DNA of 55,116 nucleotides from positions 1 to 55,116 of the IMG/VR virus record IMGVR_UViG_3300012930_000005; one strand, given 5' to 3'. This DNA comes from a virus. Lineage: Duplodnaviria > Caudoviricetes. Position numbers and translations under genes: made by a program. Below, piece after piece: positions 53,342 through 55,116 of the stretch. The stretch's first letter is position 1, and each line of letters starts with the position of its first letter. The notes under the pieces are model-generated. The model saw only the letters and a program-made list of their open reading frames with translations. It was not told where the DNA came from and searched no databases.

Positions 53342-55116
53342 TGTATTCCGAAAAGGTAGTACTCAAGACTCTCGTTGCATTCAGAGCCAGCCAAGGTTGG
53401 ATGCCGGAGCCCCACTCTATCGATGAAGTAGATGACTTCAAAGAACACATGGACAAGATCGTCGATATCACCTCGAACAGCAAGAGTTCGACGATCATAC
53501 CGAAGCGCGATCTGACTGCTAGAGAGTTGCGATGGATAGCGAACGAACGTGCGATGTGTTGGGCGTCCGCAGAGTACTTTGAGAGCCGATACGCCTATAT
53601 CTGCGATGCTTCAAACAACATCTACCGATTCAAAAACAGAAAGAGCCAGGAAGCTCTCGATATGGTCCTGGCCGACTTTGACGAACGGCACGTTGCTATC
53701 GAGATACTTCTACTGAAGGCACGACAGCTCGGGATGTCAACGAAGGTAGCTCTCAGGTTCATCCACCGACTACTCTTCGTACCGCGCACCCAGGCGATTA
53801 TGGCCTCGGTAAACGAAGAGACAAGCTCTTTGTTGCAGAGAATGACAACAACCTGCACAGAGATGCTCCCGTGGTGGCTACCACCAGGCCGTAAGCGTAA
53901 TCGAGAGGGAAAGCTACTCGAATTCAACACAGGATCGATTCTCTCCATCCAGTCAGGCGCTCAGAAGATGGGTATCGGTCAAGGATGGACGCCAACCCTC
54001 GTCCACATCTCAGAGTGCGGAGACTATCCGAATCCGAAGAAGACTCTGGAAGAGGGTCTGATGCGTGCAACCCACCCTTCCTCGTCGCTATTCGCCGTAT
54101 ACGAAGGTACCGGCAACGGGAACACAGGATGGTGGGCAGACTCATGGCGCTCTGCCAAAGAACTCTATCCACGCGGCCGTGGACGCTTACTTCCTCTTTT
54201 TCTACCGTGGGTGATGGCTCCAGACCTGTATCCAATGCCGGATTGGTTGACTAAATATCCTGTACCTCGTAACTGGGACGACGAGATTCGAAAGGAAACC
54301 AAGGCTCACGTCGCTAAGTGCGAGGCATACATCAACTCAACTCCCATCCTCACGCGCATCATGGGAATGAGTTGGAAGATGCCGGTGGAGCAGCAATGGT
54401 TCTGGCAGTTCAACTATGAAGAAGCCCTATCCAAACACACCGCTAAGATCTGGCTACAGCAGATGCCAGCAGACGATTTTGAGGCTCTACAGGGAAAGAA
54501 TGACAGCGTATTCGGTCAGGAAACCATCGAAGTCCTCGACGACAGTCGAAAGAAGAAATACGACGTGTACGCCATCGTTGGAGAGGGAATTGACGATGAG
54601 TTCTATCCGATGGACGATGCGATCGATTGGACAAAACCGCGTATCGCTATCAGTTGGCAGTCTCCGAAAGAGGACTACTACGATTGGGAACTGATCCCAC
54701 TCCTGCCGATAGACGAGAGCGATGAACGCAGCTCTATGGGCAAGCTCCTGGTATTCGAAGAGCCCAGAGTAGGCTTTGACTATTCGGAAGGAATCGATTG
54801 TTCTGACGGTATCGGTGGTGATCGAGCCGTATGCAACATCACTCGCAACGGTACCGATGAGAACTGCGATCACCAGGTTGCAGAGTTCGCCAGCGATAGA
54901 GTGAATGCGCCTCAAATGGTTGGATTCGCGGCTTGTCTAGCGGCTTGGTACGGTAGCGCGACCAGAGACCAGAGAGGCGTCAAGTTCATCATCGAACAAC
55001 GCCGTAAACCAGGCGACGACTGCCAACATCAGTTGAAGAGAATGGGATTCATCTTCCACCACCGCATGGTCCAGTACGACAATCGCAAGGTGGATGAGAA
55101 CGCTTCGAACAAGGAA
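53341..55116 (+). CDS. terL: Terminase large subunit, 5' part (continues across the origin to 459)
   Basis: Frame open to the contig end; Walker A LLKARQLGMST, Walker B LVHISE, coupling motif EGTGNG, nuclease motif GIDCSDGIGGD; TAATG overlap with the upstream gene. Confidence 0.93.
   Translation, partial: MYSEKVVLKTLVAFRASQGWMPEPHSIDEVDDFKEHMDKIVDITSNSKSSTIIPKRDLTARELRWIANERAMCWASAEYFESRYAYICDASNNIYRFKNRKSQEALDMVLADFDERHVAIEILLLKARQLGMSTKVALRFIHRLLFVPRTQAIMASVNEETSSLLQRMTTTCTEMLPWWLPPGRKRNREGKLLEFNTGSILSIQSGAQKMGIGQGWTPTLVHISECGDYPNPKKTLEEGLMRATHPSSSLFAVYEGTGNGNTGWWADSWRSAKELYPRGRGRLLPLFLPWVMAPDLYPMPDWLTKYPVPRNWDDEIRKETKAHVAKCEAYINSTPILTRIMGMSWKMPVEQQWFWQFNYEEALSKHTAKIWLQQMPADDFEALQGKNDSVFGQETIEVLDDSRKKKYDVYAIVGEGIDDEFYPMDDAIDWTKPRIAISWQSPKEDYYDWELIPLLPIDESDERSSMGKLLVFEEPRVGFDYSEGIDCSDGIGGDRAVCNITRNGTDENCDHQVAEFASDRVNAPQMVGFAACLAAWYGSATRDQRGVKFIIEQRRKPGDDCQHQLKRMGFIFHHRMVQYDNRKVDENASNKE
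54994..55116. repeat. Terminal direct repeat (copy 2)
   Basis: Exact match to 1-123. Confidence 0.97.

Overview
The window is an apparently complete, circularly permuted dsDNA tailed-phage genome: 54,993 bp unique plus a 123-bp end overlap (1-123 = 54994-55116). Gene order is podovirus-like (P22-type). Packaging and virion genes: terS/terL (terL spans the contig ends), portal, scaffold, major capsid, decoration proteins, adaptor, a block of fibre-like genes, holin-like gene and M15 endolysin, tail adaptor, a large nozzle protein, a fibre and three ejection proteins. These are followed by recombination genes (SSAP, exonuclease), replication genes (initiator with iterons, loader, DnaB), RusA/HNH genes, a membrane/lipoprotein cluster, and a leftward accessory arm (serine recombinase, RNase HI, MTase-like protein, HTH/RHH regulators, many mini-proteins). 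The standout feature is five consecutive Cys-rich tail-fibre/spike-like genes (8176-15725) that all start with Sec-type signal peptides, suggesting periplasm-exported virion appendages. Other notable items: an antisense membrane-protein + small-peptide cassette inside the lysis module, a TGA interrupting terL exactly at the overlap edge, and several structured RNA leaders. All calls come from reading motifs and synteny; no database searches were run. The host is unknown; a diderm such as an Acidobacterium is only an inference.
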